A DNA stretch of 64,000 nucleotides from Squalus acanthias. Its lineage: Eukaryota. Both the position numbers and the translations under genes were made by a program. The notes beneath the pieces were generated by a model. It ran no database searches, was not told the origin of the DNA, and saw only the letters and a list, made by a program, of their open reading frames with translations. This document shows, in pieces, positions 1-11,189 of the stretch. The DNA lies in contig CM059432.1 of the NCBI GenBank assembly GCA_030390025.1, positions 60,328,001-60,392,000 of the forward strand. The letters are read 5' to 3'. Numbering within the stretch: position 1 is the first letter of the stretch; every line of letters starts with the position of its first letter.

Positions 1-560
1 AATGGATGTTGTGTATATGAATTTTCAAAAAGGCATTTGATACGGTACCACGTAGAAGGCCTGTTGATAAAATTAAGATACATGGGAGTGAATTTTCATA
101 GGGATTCTCCCACTTGTCCACGATAACTTTGGTGGCAGAGCTGTGAAAACTCCAAAGAAAGTATTTTGCCAATTTTGGCTCTTTCACCGAAGTTACAGCA
201 GATGAACAAGAGAATTCCCTCAGAAATTCACCCAATAGTATTAAAGGGGGGGTGGCAGCATGGATAGGAAGTTGGTTTAAGCATCTTGGAACGCTTTACT
301 ACATTAAAAGCACTATATAAATGCAAGTTGTTGTTGGTTGAATAACAGAAAACAGTGAGTAGTGGTTAATAGATGTTTTGTAGACTGGAGAGATATAAAC
401 AGGGATCATTGTTGAGACCATTGCTCTTTTCTCTCCAAATTATATAAAATATAGGGGACATGGTTAAACATGAAGATGAACTGAAGCAACTTCAGGGGGG
501 GGGACAGTTGATTGTGCAGATAGATATCAGATGAAAATTAATGCAGAGAAATGTGACATG
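1..560 (+). mobile_element. Degenerate CR1 LINE RT fragment, interrupted by a MITE and an L2-type tail
   Basis: Begins ATGGATGTTGTGTATATGAATTTTCAAAAAGGCATTTGAT (MDVVY..FQKAFD-like), similar to other CR1 copies in the window; frameshifted. Confidence 0.7.
84..233. mobile_element. About 150-bp MITE-like element with imperfect terminal inverted repeats
   Basis: GGAGTGAATTTTCATAGGGATTCTC ... GAGAATTCCCTCAGAAATTCACCC; interrupts CR1 sequence. Confidence 0.55.
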
Positions 561-562
561 AT

Positions 563-1030
563 GTCAGCTGTGGCTCAATTGGTAGCACACTCGCCTTCTG
601 AGTCAGAAGGTTGTGGGTTCAAGTCCCACTCCAGGGATTTGAGCACATAAAGCTAGGCTGACACTCCAGTGCGGTGCTGAGGGAGTGCTGTACTGTTGGA
701 GGTGCCGTCTTTTGGATGAGACGTTAAACCGAGGCCCCGTCTGCCCTCTCAGGTGGACATAAAAGATCCCATGGCACTATTTCGAAGAAGAGCAGGGGAG
801 TTATCCCCGGTGTCCTGGCCAATATTTATCCCTCAACCAACGTAACAAAAACAGATTATCTGGTCATTATCACATTGCTGTTTGTGGGACCTTGCTGTGC
901 GCAACTTGGCTGCCGTATTTCCCACATTACAACAGTGACTCCACTTCAAAAGTACTTCATTGGCTGTAAAGCGCTTTGAGACGTCCGGTGGTTGTGAAAA
1001 GGCGCTATATAAATGCAAGTTTTATTATTT
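563..1030 (+). mobile_element. tRNA-headed DeuSINE (SacSINE1-like)
   Basis: A-box TGGCTCAATTGG, B-box GGTTCAAGTCC, recognised Deu-domain body (AAAGATCCCATGGCACTATTT...CCTGGCCAATATTTATCCCTC), L2-type tail GGCGCTATATAAATGCAAG. Confidence 0.85.
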
Positions 1031-1065
1031 ATGATAGATTTTGGCAGAAAGAATAAGGAGAGGAC

Positions 1066-1330
1066 ATATACATAGGAACATAGGAACTGGAGTAGGCCAT
1101 TCAGCCCCTCGAGCCTGTTCCACCATTCAATGAGATCATGGCTGATCTGCGATCTAACTCCACATACCCGCCTTTGGCCCATATCCCTTAATACTGTTGG
1201 TTAACAAAAAGCTATCAATCTGCAATTTAAAATTAACAATTGATCTAGCATCAATTGCTGTTTGCGGAAGAGAGTTCTAAACTTCTTCCACCCTTTATGT
1301 GTAGAAGTGTTTCCTAATTTCACTCCTAAA
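1066..1330 (-). mobile_element. CR1 3' end fragment
   Basis: CATAGGAA tail repeats and GGCCATTCAGCCCCTCGAGCCTG 3' UTR motif shared with other CR1 copies. Confidence 0.75.
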
Positions 1331-1334
1331 TAAC

Positions 1335-1882
1335 AAAACTTTAATACGAGTGAAGACGCACAGAGAGACTTAGGGGTTCAGATACACAAATCTGAATCTC
1401 AAAAGAGTTTTTGGAAGGAGGCCAAGGCCATGGAAAAGATGCAGAGCAATTTAGTAAGATACTATCGATGCGAGGTTTCAGTTATTAGGAGACTGAAGAA
1501 CTGGGACTCTTTTCATTAGAGCAGTGAAGGATAAAAGATCTTATAGAGGTGTTCAAAATGATGAAGAGTTTTCATAAATTAAATTGGGAAAAACTATTTA
1601 TACTGGTCAGTGAATCATTAATTAGAACACATAAATTTAAGATGATCACCAAAAGAATGAAGGGAAAGCTTAGAGATTTTTTTTTACACAGGTGCTAGTT
1701 AAGACATGGAATTAGAATCAATAATAGCTTTTTAAAGGAAAATGTATGAACATTTGAAAAAGAAAAAAAATAAGAGGAAATGTGGAAAGAGATGGGGAAT
1801 AGGATTAAGTGTATCGCTCTTTCACAGAGCTGGCACTGGCATGATGAGCCAAATGACCTCCTTTTGTGTTGTAAAATTTTAT
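1335..1882 (+). mobile_element. Old CR1 3' fragment; its tail is the target of Harbinger H1
   Basis: Decayed C-terminal ORF2 and 3' UTR; tail appears to resume at 8985. Confidence 0.65.
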
Positions 1883-2280
1883 GGAGGAAAAATTCGGTAC
1901 CTTAGCGCCTCCTGTTAGCATCAGCCGCTAACAGTTATCTCCAGGAGCCTCAACATCAGACGGATCGTGGCATCAGTGAGTGTGCAACGCTCACTGGCTG
2001 CCCTATCTGCGAAATTGATTGTCGCCACCTACATTAGCGCCTGGAGTAAACAGCGACAGGGAGAGCTGGCATGAAGCAGCAGGAAGCCGGCTCCAGGGAC
2101 ATTATTTAAAGGGATCATCAGTAATGAGTCGCAGCTGTAGGTTAGTGGTATTTCAGTGCTTACTTGTCAGTTTCACATAGTCCAACAGCCTCATTCCGTA
2201 ATTTCAAGGTTATTTAGTATCAGGAGTGTTGTGGCAACTAAAAAGTAGCTACATTTATTTATTATAGTAGCCACACAGCC

Positions 2281-3143
2281 GATCCTTCCAGTTTGCAACA
2301 GGAGACATAGCAAACATCTCGCAGTTCGCCATCCATCGCTGCATCTGGGATGTCACAGAGGCTCTCTACAGTAGGAGAAGGGACTACATTTCCTTCCCCA
2401 TCACCAGAGAGAAGCAGGATGAACGCACATGTGGCTTAACCAGGATAGCAGAATTCCCCATGGTGCAGGGTACCACTGACTGCACCCACGTGGCTTTGCG
2501 GGCACCGCATAACAATCCTGAGATTTTCTGTAACCGCAAAGGCTACCACTCACTTAATGTCCAGTTGGTGTGTGACCACAGACAGCTAATCATCAATGTG
2601 AATGGCCGCTATCATGGTAGCAGCCACAATGCCTTTATCCTGTGCCAGACCGGTATGCCAGCACTCTTCTAACCACCACGACCAGCTCGTGGCTGGCTGC
2701 TCGGAGACAAGGGCTATCCGCTCTCCACCTGGCTCATGACTCCCTTCCGCAACCCCAACACTCCTGCCCAGCACTCATATAATGAGAGCCATGCTGCCAC
2801 CAGGAACATCATTGAACAGACCATCGGGGTGCGCAAGCAATGGTTCCACTGCCTTGACCGCTCAGGCGGAGCCTTCCAGTACTCGGCTGAGCGGGTGTCC
2901 CATTTCGTGGTGGTCTGCTGCATGTTCCACAAATTGGCCATCATGAGGGCCCAGCCCTTGCCAGCAGGGATTACGGGACCACCTCAGGAGGAGGAAGAGG
3001 GAGAGGAGGAGGAGGATGAGAAGGAAGAGGAGGATGAGGAGGACAACGAGGAGGAGGCACAGGAGCGAGGGAGGAGGCAGCCACTCAGTCGGCCTTCCAG
3101 AAGGGCGGTCCGTGACTGCCTCATCAGACTGCGGTTCGAATGA
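2281..3143 (+). pseudogene. H1 Harbinger DDE transposase (5'-deleted, internal stop)
   Basis: [37 protein letters not shown] motifs; acidic tail; TAA at 2670-2672. Confidence 0.9.
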
Positions 3144-3665
3144 ATTAAACCCCAGATCCCTGTTGCTCACCACATTCCCATCATTCCATCCCTGTCGCAG
3201 GCCATACCACAGCGCAAAGCTGAAATGAGACACACCACAAAAGAATCCAAACTGAATTAATAAATTTATCAACAATCAGTGAACACATATTTACAACAAC
3301 AAAATTAACTATTCACCCTTGTGCAATCCCTTAGTGCCTGTCGTTACTCTGCCTTTGCCTACTCTAGTGCTCCTACGAAGTGTTGGCCCAGTGGCTGCAG
3401 CACTGCTTGTGGAAGGCTGCTGAGTGTCCATGTGGGAGACTTCAGATGGCCTTGCAGGATGCCCTTGACCAGCTCTGGGCCTGGAAGGCCCGGCTGTAGA
3501 TTGCATCACCTCAGCATGGGCGGCAGCAGTCTGGGCTGGCTGGATGACAGGCAGCAACAAGAGCAATGGTGGAGTGGCAGTGGAGGGAGCAGGAATGCTG
3601 TCATCCTGAGAGAGTTATAGAGGTCATGATGTGGAGATGCCGGCGTTGGACTGGGGTGGACAAAA

Positions 3666-4060
3666 ATGAGAAGTCGCACAACACCAGGTTATAGTCCAAC
3701 AGATTTATTTAATTTTACAAGCTTTCGGAGCAGTTCGCTCCTTCGTCAGGTAAGTTTAGCAGTGAGAGAATCTCCCAGAATTCACAATTTAAACACAGAC
3801 AAAATATATTCAAATCTTTCCCACATCAAAGAGCATAGCCAAGACAATGAGATGTGTCCCAGGGGGTCCAACGTGTCAAACCACCTGCTGGCTGCATATC
3901 CTGTCAATCTGTGTAGGTTCTTGTGTTAGCCTTTTTTAAAAAAAAACACCTGGGAAGACCGGCCATGATGTCAAGTCACGTTCTGTATCGTGACATGAAC
4001 CCGATATCGCGATTGAGGCCCTCCTCATGAGTGCGGAACTTGGCTATCAGTTTCTGCTCT
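3666..4060 (-). repeat. Left inverted pLTR arm (395 bp)
   Basis: Reverse complement of 6634-7028; one difference noticed (T/A run). Confidence 0.95.
3715..3753 (-). ncRNA. Minimal hammerhead ribozyme motif (inverted copy)
   Basis: Reverse complement of 6941-6979. Confidence 0.85.
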
Positions 4061-6718
4061 CTTGACACCGCAAACTGCCGGCTCAAAGTGGAGAGAATCG
4101 CCAAGAAGATCGCGCATATTGACACAGACATCAAGTACCCGCAGAGATGCAAGAAAGCAGACAAGATTCCGAAAGGACTACAGATCACGAACCCACTCAA
4201 GTCGACATACAACACAGACTACGCTGAGAGACTTTGCCGTCGTACCTCTCGCACACTCCTCAACCATCTCGTACACCAGCTCTACAGCAGACGTCGCAAC
4301 CTCGAAACCAAGATAGAGTCCATGCTCTCAGCCTGTGCTCAGGACACAGCAGACCAGCTACGAGACACCGCCAAACAGACGAGGCAACGGAACTACGCTG
4401 CCTACATGCGCATCAAGAACAGGAAGCTTGAGAAACTCGGCGTAACCACCAGCTACAACCAAGCCTCCCCCGGTACCACGGTTGCAACCACAGGGAAGTC
4501 CATCGTCAACCTGTCGGACCACACCCTTCAACCAGACGAAATCGAAGTTCTCGCCCTAGGGCTCACGTTCTGCCCCACCACCAAAATGGACCCCATCGGT
4601 CTCGCGGCGGACACAGAGGAATTCATCAGGAGAATGAGGATCCGGGAATACTACCACAAATCCCAAGATGTCAGCAACATTCCTAATGGGACAATCAATG
4701 ATCCGGAACAGCAGGCAGTGCTACAACCGAGGAAGAAAGAGTCAAATTGGACCCCTCCGGAGGGTCGCAACCCTAAGCTTGACATGTATGCTCAAGCTGT
4801 CAGGAAATGCATCAACGCCAGATTCATCAGCCGTACTCACAAGACAGTCCAGAATGTCACCCGAGCACAACGCAACGCCATCCACGCACTCAAGACCAAC
4901 CGCAACATCGTCATCAAACCAGCGGACAAAGGAGGAGCCATCGTCATACAGAACAGAATGGACTATTGCAAAGAAGCATACCGACAACTGGACAACCAGG
5001 AACACTACAGACAGCTACCCGCAGATCCGACCAAAGAACACACCCACCAACTCAATAGACTGATCAAGACCTTCGATCCAGACCTTCAAAACATCCTACG
5101 CGCTCTCATCCCACGTACTCCCCGCGTAGGAGACTTTTACTGCCTCCCAAAGATACACAAAGCCAACACACCTGGACGTCCTATCGTATCAGGCAACGGA
5201 ACCCTGTGTGAGAACCTCTCTGGGTACGTCGAGGGCATCCTGAAACCCATCGTACAGGGAACCCCCAGCTTCTGTCGCGACACTACAGACTTCTTGCAGA
5301 AACTCAGCACCCATGGACCAGTTGAACCAGGAACACTCCTCGTCACAATGGACGTATCGACACTCTACACCAATATCCCCCACAATGACGGCATCGCTGC
5401 GACAGCCTTAGTACTCAACACCAACAACAGCCAATCTCCGGACGCCATCCTACAACTCATCCGCTTCATCCTTGACCACAATGTCTTCACCTTCGACAAC
5501 CATTTTTTTACCCAAACACACGGAACAGCCATGGGGACCAAATTCGCACCCCAATATGCCAATATCTTCATGCACAAGTTCGAGCAAGACTTCTTCGCTG
5601 CACAGGACCTCCAACCAACGCTGTACACCAGATACATCGACGACATCTTCTTCCTTTGGACCCACGGCGAAGGATCACTGAAAGGACTACACGATAGCAT
5701 CAACAGGTTCCATCCCACCATCAAACTCACCATGGACTACTCCTCAGAATCGGTTTCATTCTTGGACACACGAATCTCCATCAAAGACGGACGCCTCAGC
5801 ACTTCACTCTACCGCAAGCCCACGGACAACCTCACGATGCTCCACTTCTCCAGCTTCCACCCTAACCACGTTAAAGAAGCCATCCCCTATGGACAAGCCC
5901 TGCGAATACACAGGATCTGCTCAGACGAGGAGGAACGCGATGGACACCTACGGACACTGAAAGACGCCCTCGTAAGAACGGGATATGACGCTCGACTCGT
6001 CGATCGACAGTTCCGACGGGCCACAGCGAAAAACCGCATAGACCTCCTCAGAAGACGAACACGGGACACAACCAACAGAGTACCCTACGTCGTCCAGTAC
6101 TTCCCCGGAGCGGAAAAACTACGCCATGTTCTTTGCAGCCTTCAACATGTCATCGATGACGACGAACACCTTGCTAAGGCCATCCCCACGCCTCCACTAC
6201 TCGCCTTCAAGCAGCCGCCTAACCTCAAAAGTACCATCGTTCGCAGCAGATTACCCATCTTTCAGGCGAACAGCAACCAAGACACCACACAACCCTGCCA
6301 CGGCAACCTCTGCAAGACATGCCAAATCATGGACACAGATACCATCATCACACGTGAGGACACTACCCACCAGGTACACGGTACATACTCATGTGACTCG
6401 GCCAACGTTGTCTACCTGATACGTTGCAGTAAAGGATGCTCCAGAGCATGGTACATCGGCGAGACCATGCAGACACTGAGACAACGTATAAACGGACACC
6501 ACGCAACAATCGCCAGGCAGGAGGGTTGCCTCCCAGTCGGGGAACACTTCAGCAGCCAGGGGCATTCAGCCTCGGATATGCGGGTAAGCGTTCTCCAAGG
6601 CGGCCTTCGAAATACACGACAGCGCAAAATCATAGAGCAGAAACTGATAGCCAAGTTCCGCACTCATGAGGAGGGCCTCAATCGCGATATCGGGTTCATG
6701 TCACGATACAGAACGTGA
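4058..6718 (+). CDS. PLE reverse transcriptase + GIY-YIG endonuclease (open frame; native ATG displaced by inversion)
   Basis: IKPADKGG, YCLPKIHK, GRPIVS, DVSTLYTNIP, GTAMG, RYIDDIF, FLD, YRKPT; Cys-rich linker PCHGNLCKTC; NVVYLIRC...WYIGET; no stops. Confidence 0.93.
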   Translation, partial: SLDTANCRLKVERIAKKIAHIDTDIKYPQRCKKADKIPKGLQITNPLKSTYNTDYAERLCRRTSRTLLNHLVHQLYSRRRNLETKIESMLSACAQDTADQLRDTAKQTRQRNYAAYMRIKNRKLEKLGVTTSYNQASPGTTVATTGKSIVNLSDHTLQPDEIEVLALGLTFCPTTKMDPIGLAADTEEFIRRMRIREYYHKSQDVSNIPNGTINDPEQQAVLQPRKKESNWTPPEGRNPKLDMYAQAVRKCINARFISRTHKTVQNVTRAQRNAIHALKTNRNIVIKPADKGGAIVIQNRMDYCKEAYRQLDNQEHYRQLPADPTKEHTHQLNRLIKTFDPDLQNILRALIPRTPRVGDFYCLPKIHKANTPGRPIVSGNGTLCENLSGYVEGILKPIVQGTPSFCRDTTDFLQKLSTHGPVEPGTLLVTMDVSTLYTNIPHNDGIAATALVLNTNNSQSPDAILQLIRFILDHNVFTFDNHFFTQTHGTAMGTKFAPQYANIFMHKFEQDFFAAQDLQPTLYTRYIDDIFFLWTHGEGSLKGLHDSINRFHPTIKLTMDYSSESVSFLDTRISIKDGRLSTSLYRKPTDNLTMLHFSSFHPNHVKEAIPYGQALRIHRICSDEEERDGHLRTLKDALVRTGYDARLVDRQFRRATAKNRIDLLRRRTRDTTNRVPYVVQYFPGAEKLRHVLCSLQHVIDDDEHLAKAIPTPPLLAFKQPPNLKSTIVRSRLPIFQANSNQDTTQPCHGNLCKTCQIMDTDTIITREDTTHQVHGTYSCDSANVVYLIRCSKGCSRAWYIGETMQTLRQRINGHHATIARQEGCLPVGEHFSSQGHSASDMRVSVLQGGLRNTRQRKIIEQKLIAKFRTHEEGLNRDIGFMSRYRT

Positions 6719-7028
6719 CTTGACATCATGGCCGGTCTTCCCAGGTGTTTTTTTTTTAAAAAGGCTAACACAAGAACCTACACAGATTGACAGGATATGC
6801 AGCCAGCAGGTGGTTTGACACGTTGGACCCCCTGGGACACATCTCATTGTCTTGGCTATGCTCTTTGATGTGGGAAAGATTTGAATATATTTTGTCTGTG
6901 TTTAAATTGTGAATTCTGGGAGATTCTCTCACTGCTAAACTTACCTGACGAAGGAGCGAACTGCTCCGAAAGCTTGTAAAATTAAATAAATCTGTTGGAC
7001 TATAACCTGGTGTTGTGCGACTTCTCAT
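6634..7028 (+). repeat. Right pLTR arm (395 bp), AATAAA at 6985-6990
   Basis: Overlaps the ORF end, as is typical for PLE pLTRs; inverted copy at 3666-4060. Confidence 0.95.
6941..6979 (+). ncRNA. Minimal type I hammerhead ribozyme motif
   Basis: TTAC-CTGACGA-A-GGAGC-gaact-GCTCC-GAAA-GCTT-GTAA: stem I TTAC/GTAA, stem II GGAGC/GCTCC, palindromic loopless stem III. Confidence 0.85.
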
Positions 7029-8994
7029 CCTGAGAGAGGACAGCAGGTTCCTGCTCCACTGACCCACTGCCACTCTCCCGGGGCAGTACCTCAGCATCTC
7101 TATCAATCTGTTGGAGCACAGATTGCTGGCCTGCTGCGACACCATGAAGGCCCCAGTCGACAGTGGTAGACCCAGCCACGATGGCAGCAGTCAGAGCTTG
7201 CGTGGCATCAAGCTGAGACTGCATGAGAGCAGTCTGAGATTGAATGGCACCAACCATAGACTGCATTACAACACTAAGATGTTGCGTTGCTTCTGCCTAT
7301 GCTGCAATGGAAGCTGCCAGATCATCTATTACACGTGGTCTCTCTGGGAGTCTATCATCCTTTGCAGACTGTAAATGATGGGCTCCATGGTGTGTGCAGA
7401 GCCTTGTACAATGTTGAAGACGGACTCCTCCACGCACCTTATCATTGCCGAGAGGCTATCGGGGACCCTTGCCATTGCAGCTATCATCTCCACGTGCATG
7501 CCCATCACCCTTCTTCTAAACGCCACCCTATCGAGGTCCTCATCTGAGCCCTGTGCAGCAGAACTCACACGTGAACTCGCCCTCCGGGGAGCTGAACCCC
7601 GAGCTACCCTTTCCCCCTGGCCTTGCTGCAGCCCACTCGTCCCCAGTGCCTCACCCTGTGCAGATCCCGCTACTATACTAGCCTCTAAAGAATGAGTAGT
7701 GCCAGTATCTGAGTGGGTGCCTGCGGGTGAGACATGCAGTGACGTGGTGTGTTCTTCCTCCCCCTCTTCTCCCGCCTCGCTCTCTGCAGTGCCCTCAGGG
7801 ACAGGCTGCTCAGGTGCTTGCTCATTATCTGAAAGCATAAAGGCACAAGAGTCGAGTTAAGGTGAGGGGAGGGGACAGGAAGGGAGAAATGCATGCAAAG
7901 AGCATGATTAGCTGGAAAGTGCGAAACACTTGTGGGGTGAGGGGGAAGTGGGATGTGAGAAGGAGTAGGGATGAACGTACCGTTGTTGTCCCCAAGGGGG
8001 TCAATGTCGCCAGTGGCTACGGCACCCGCCATCTGGCACCCAATGATCTCCAGCACTCTATTTTCCAGTGCAGACAGTGGTTGGGTGTCGACTTGTTACC
8101 CCCCCACCCCCTCTTTATGCTCCTGCTCCCTCCTGTTGTGAGCCACCTTGGCCTGCAAGAGAAAGGAAAGTGTGTGAGTGAGTGTGGAGCAATATGTTTG
8201 GGTGATGTGCCTGCCATAGTTGAATAGCTGTCATTGTGTGCAAGGTGTGAGATGTGGGTGTGAGTGTTGGCTGGTAGAGATTGTTGGTGGGTGAGTGCTG
8301 GGGGTGTGGTGCTTTGGTCAGTGTGTGCAGACTGAGGTTCAGATGGTGGTATGTAGCATTTGTTGAAGCATTCACTCACCCTGACCAACTGAGTGAGGTC
8401 GTTAAATTTCTTCCTGCAATGTGTGTGGGTGCTGGGGACCACAGTGCTGCCCCAGATGTCCTCCGCTACCTCCCTCCACATGGTGCGGAAGACTTGCGGC
8501 GAGGGCCTCCTGCCACTTGCCAGGTAGAGCACCGCCCTCCGTCTCTCGACAGCGAACACCAATGCCTCCAATGCTTGATCGCTGAATCTGCGGGCTCTCG
8601 CCCTGGGGCGTGGATCTGCCATGAGCACAGCTGCTTCAGTCCTCCGGCTCCTTTTCCTTGACCTGCTGCTGCTTGCTGAGGAAGCTGCACAGCCAGCAAT
8701 GCTGAGAATGAGGGTCTGTAGCATCAATGAACTTTCCCGTTAAGAACTGGAAAAAGCCTGTGGCAATCATGACTTGCGATTAGAATGCACCTGATATTGG
8801 TCCACCCTTTGAGTGTAATGCCAATGAGCTTGGGCTTAAAGACTTGAATTAGTGCTCCAATCATTTCTTTGAGCAGTGAGCATGAATTTTGCGTGCAGTC
8901 TAAAGCATTAGCGCCTAGCGTTAATTCTCCAACTTTTCTAATTTTAGCACCCATTCCTGGGCTATAATGAATTTCTAGCCCTATGTTTTTATGC

Positions 8995-10730
8995 TCTGAG
9001 GGTCCTAAAAGAAGCTAGGGATGAATGAGTAAAAGTTTTGACTAAAATTTTCCAAATCTCTTTTGAAAAGAAAAATTGTGCCGCTGGATTGGGGAGTGGG
9101 AAATGTGGCATCCCTCTTCAAAAAAAGCTAGGAAATTGTAGACTAGTTATTTTTGCTTCAGTTATTTGTAAAGTACTTGAGCCAATAATGCAGAATGAAA
9201 TTACTAAGCACTTGGAGAAACATGTGTTAATCGTGGCCAGTGAACATTGAGGTATTGCTATAGAAACCATTCCTTCAGATTGGAAAATTGCGCATGTCAC
9301 TCCACTATTTAAGAATGGTGAGAGAGGGAAACCAGGGAATTATAGACCAGTTAGCCTAACCTGTTGTCGGGAAATTGCAAGAGTGTATAATTAAAGATAG
9401 AGTGACTGAACACCTTGAAAATTTTCAGCTGATCAGAGAGAGCCAGCATGAAATTGTAAAAGGAAGGTCATGCCTGACGAACCTGATTGAATTTTTTGAA
9501 GATGTAACTTAAGTAGTGGACAGGGGAATGTCTATGGATGTTATTTATATAGACTTCCAGAAGGCATTTGACAAAGTCCCTCAAAGGAGACTGTTAACTA
9601 AGGTTGAAGCCACTGGAATTGAAGGCAAATTATTGACCTGATTAGGAAATTGGCTGAGCGACAGGAGACAGAGAGTAGGGATAATAGGCAGGTACTCCAA
9701 TTAGCAGGATGTGACTAGTGGTATCCCGCAGGGATCTGTGTTGGGGCCTCAACTATTCACTGTATTTATTAATGACTTAGATGATGGGATAGAAAGCCAC
9801 ATATCCAAATTTGCCGATGACACAAAGATAGGCGGCACTGTAGACAGTGTAGATGAAAGCATAAAATTACAAAGTGGTATTGATAGATTAAGCGAATGGG
9901 CAAAACTTTAGCAAATGGATTTCAATGTAGGCAAATGTGAGGTCAACCACTTTGGACCTAAAAAGGATAGAACAGGGTACTTTCTAAATGGTGAAAAAGC
10001 TACAAACAGTGGAGGTCCAAAGAGACTTGGGGGTCCAGGTACATAGATCATTAAAATGTCATGAACAGGTACAGAAAATAATCAAAAGGGCAAATCGAAT
10101 GCTGGCCTTTATGTCTAGAGGACTAGAATACAAGGGGGCAGAAGTTATTCTGCAGCTATACAAAACCCTGGTTAGACCACACCTGGAGTACTGTGAGCAG
10201 TTCTGGGCACCACACCTTAGGAAGGATATTTTGGCCTTGGAGGGAGTGCAGCGTAGGTTTACCAGAATGATACCCAGACTCCTGGGGTTAAATTACGAGG
10301 AGAGATTACGCAAACTAGGGTTGTATTGCCTGGAATTTAGAAGGTTAAGGGGTGACTTGATCGAAGTTTTCAAGATATTAAGGGGAACAGATAGGGTAGA
10401 TAGAGAGAAACTATTTCCACTGGTTGGGGAGTCTAGGACAAGGGGGCATAGTCTAAAAATTAGAGACAGGCCTTTCAGGAGTGAAATTAGGAAACACTTC
10501 TACATACAAAGGGTGATAGAAGTCTGGAACTCTCTTCCACAAACAGCAATTGATGCTAGACCAATTGTTAATTTTAAATTTGAGATTCATAGATTTTTGT
10601 TAACCAAAGGTATTAAGGGGTAAGGGGCAAAGGCGGGTATATGGAGTTATGTCGCAGATCAGCTATGATCTGATTGACTGGCAGAACAGACTCGAGTGGC
10701 TAAATGGCCTAATCCTATTCCAATGTTCCA
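8995..10730 (+). mobile_element. CR1 LINE, 5'-truncated RT region and 3' UTR (older fragment about 8995-9250 precedes it)
   Basis: GIPQGSVLGP, FADDTK, LVRPHLEYC, RTRGHSLK; several stops. Confidence 0.9.
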
Positions 10731-10847
10731 AACAGCATGTAAAGCATTAAAACATAAAAACGCACAAAGTGTGAGTTGATAAGGAAACATAATGGGATGT
10801 TTCAGGTTTTGATTGTTAAAATAGCCAGAGCCATCATATTTAATTCA

Positions 10848-10995
10848 AAAGCAAATACTGTGGATGCTGGAAATCTGAAATAAAAACAGAAAATGCTGGA
10901 AATACTCAGCAGGTCAGGCAGCATCTGGCAGTATTTCTCTCGCCACAGATGCTGCCTGACCTGCTAAGTATTTCCAGCATTTTTTGTTTCTACAT
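10848..10995. mobile_element. Fold-back fragment of the second PLE family's pLTR
   Basis: 44-bp inverted arms 10884-10927 / 10946-10989; same sequence family as 22010-22081 and 47990-48150. Confidence 0.75.
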
Positions 10996-11189
10996 CACAG
11001 TTCATTACTTGACTTCCTTACCATTATCAAATATTGGCTATCTATTCAATATTGATAATAGAAATGCAGCCTTCTGCAGATGGCTTTTGATCGAATGTAA
11101 TTACAAGAGATATGGTCGTCTATTGCCTTTTCTGTCTGTTTAACATTAAAGAGTTTGGGACTGTATTTCCGTGGAATTGGATTTCTGTG

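Larger units (their letters stand above)
3615..7024 (+). mobile_element. Penelope-like retroelement (probably Neptune group) with inverted 5' pLTR
   Basis: 14-bp TSD TCATCCTGAGAGAG (3601-3614, 7025-7038); inverted arms 3666-4060 / 6634-7028; RT + GIY-YIG ORF. Confidence 0.95.
3309..8622 (-). pseudogene. H1 Myb/SANT gene, 3 exons (8622-8380, 8152-7981, 7828-3309; exon 3 split by Penelope)
   Basis: MADPRPRARARRFSDQALEALV...WREVAE...CRKKFNDL; GT-AG boundaries; in-frame stops in exon 3. Confidence 0.8.
1883..8981. mobile_element. PIF/Harbinger transposon H1 (contains Penelope insertion)
   Basis: Ends GGAGGAAAAATTC / GAATTTCTAGCCC; TSD TAT (1880-1882, 8982-8984); convergent transposase and Myb genes. 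Confidence 0.85.

Noticed and set aside
81..241. 150-bp MITE as another Harbinger target site
   Set aside because: Ends and TSD ambiguous and family uncertain; flanks do not fit the consensus
563..640. tRNA gene candidates (also 32638 and 34638)
   Set aside because: A/B boxes run into SINE or LINE bodies; no complete cloverleaf seen
3666..3929. 87-aa ORF duplicated at 6765-7028
   Set aside because: Antisense reading of the pLTR; the duplication only reflects the inverted repeat
4031..4057. GTG start MRNLAISFC of the 895-aa ORF
   Set aside because: These codons are antisense read-through of the inverted pLTR; the likely native start is ATG at 3627 on the minus strand
11023..11135. Possible next host exon on the minus strand
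   Set aside because: AG/GT present but the required phase-0 frame hits a stop
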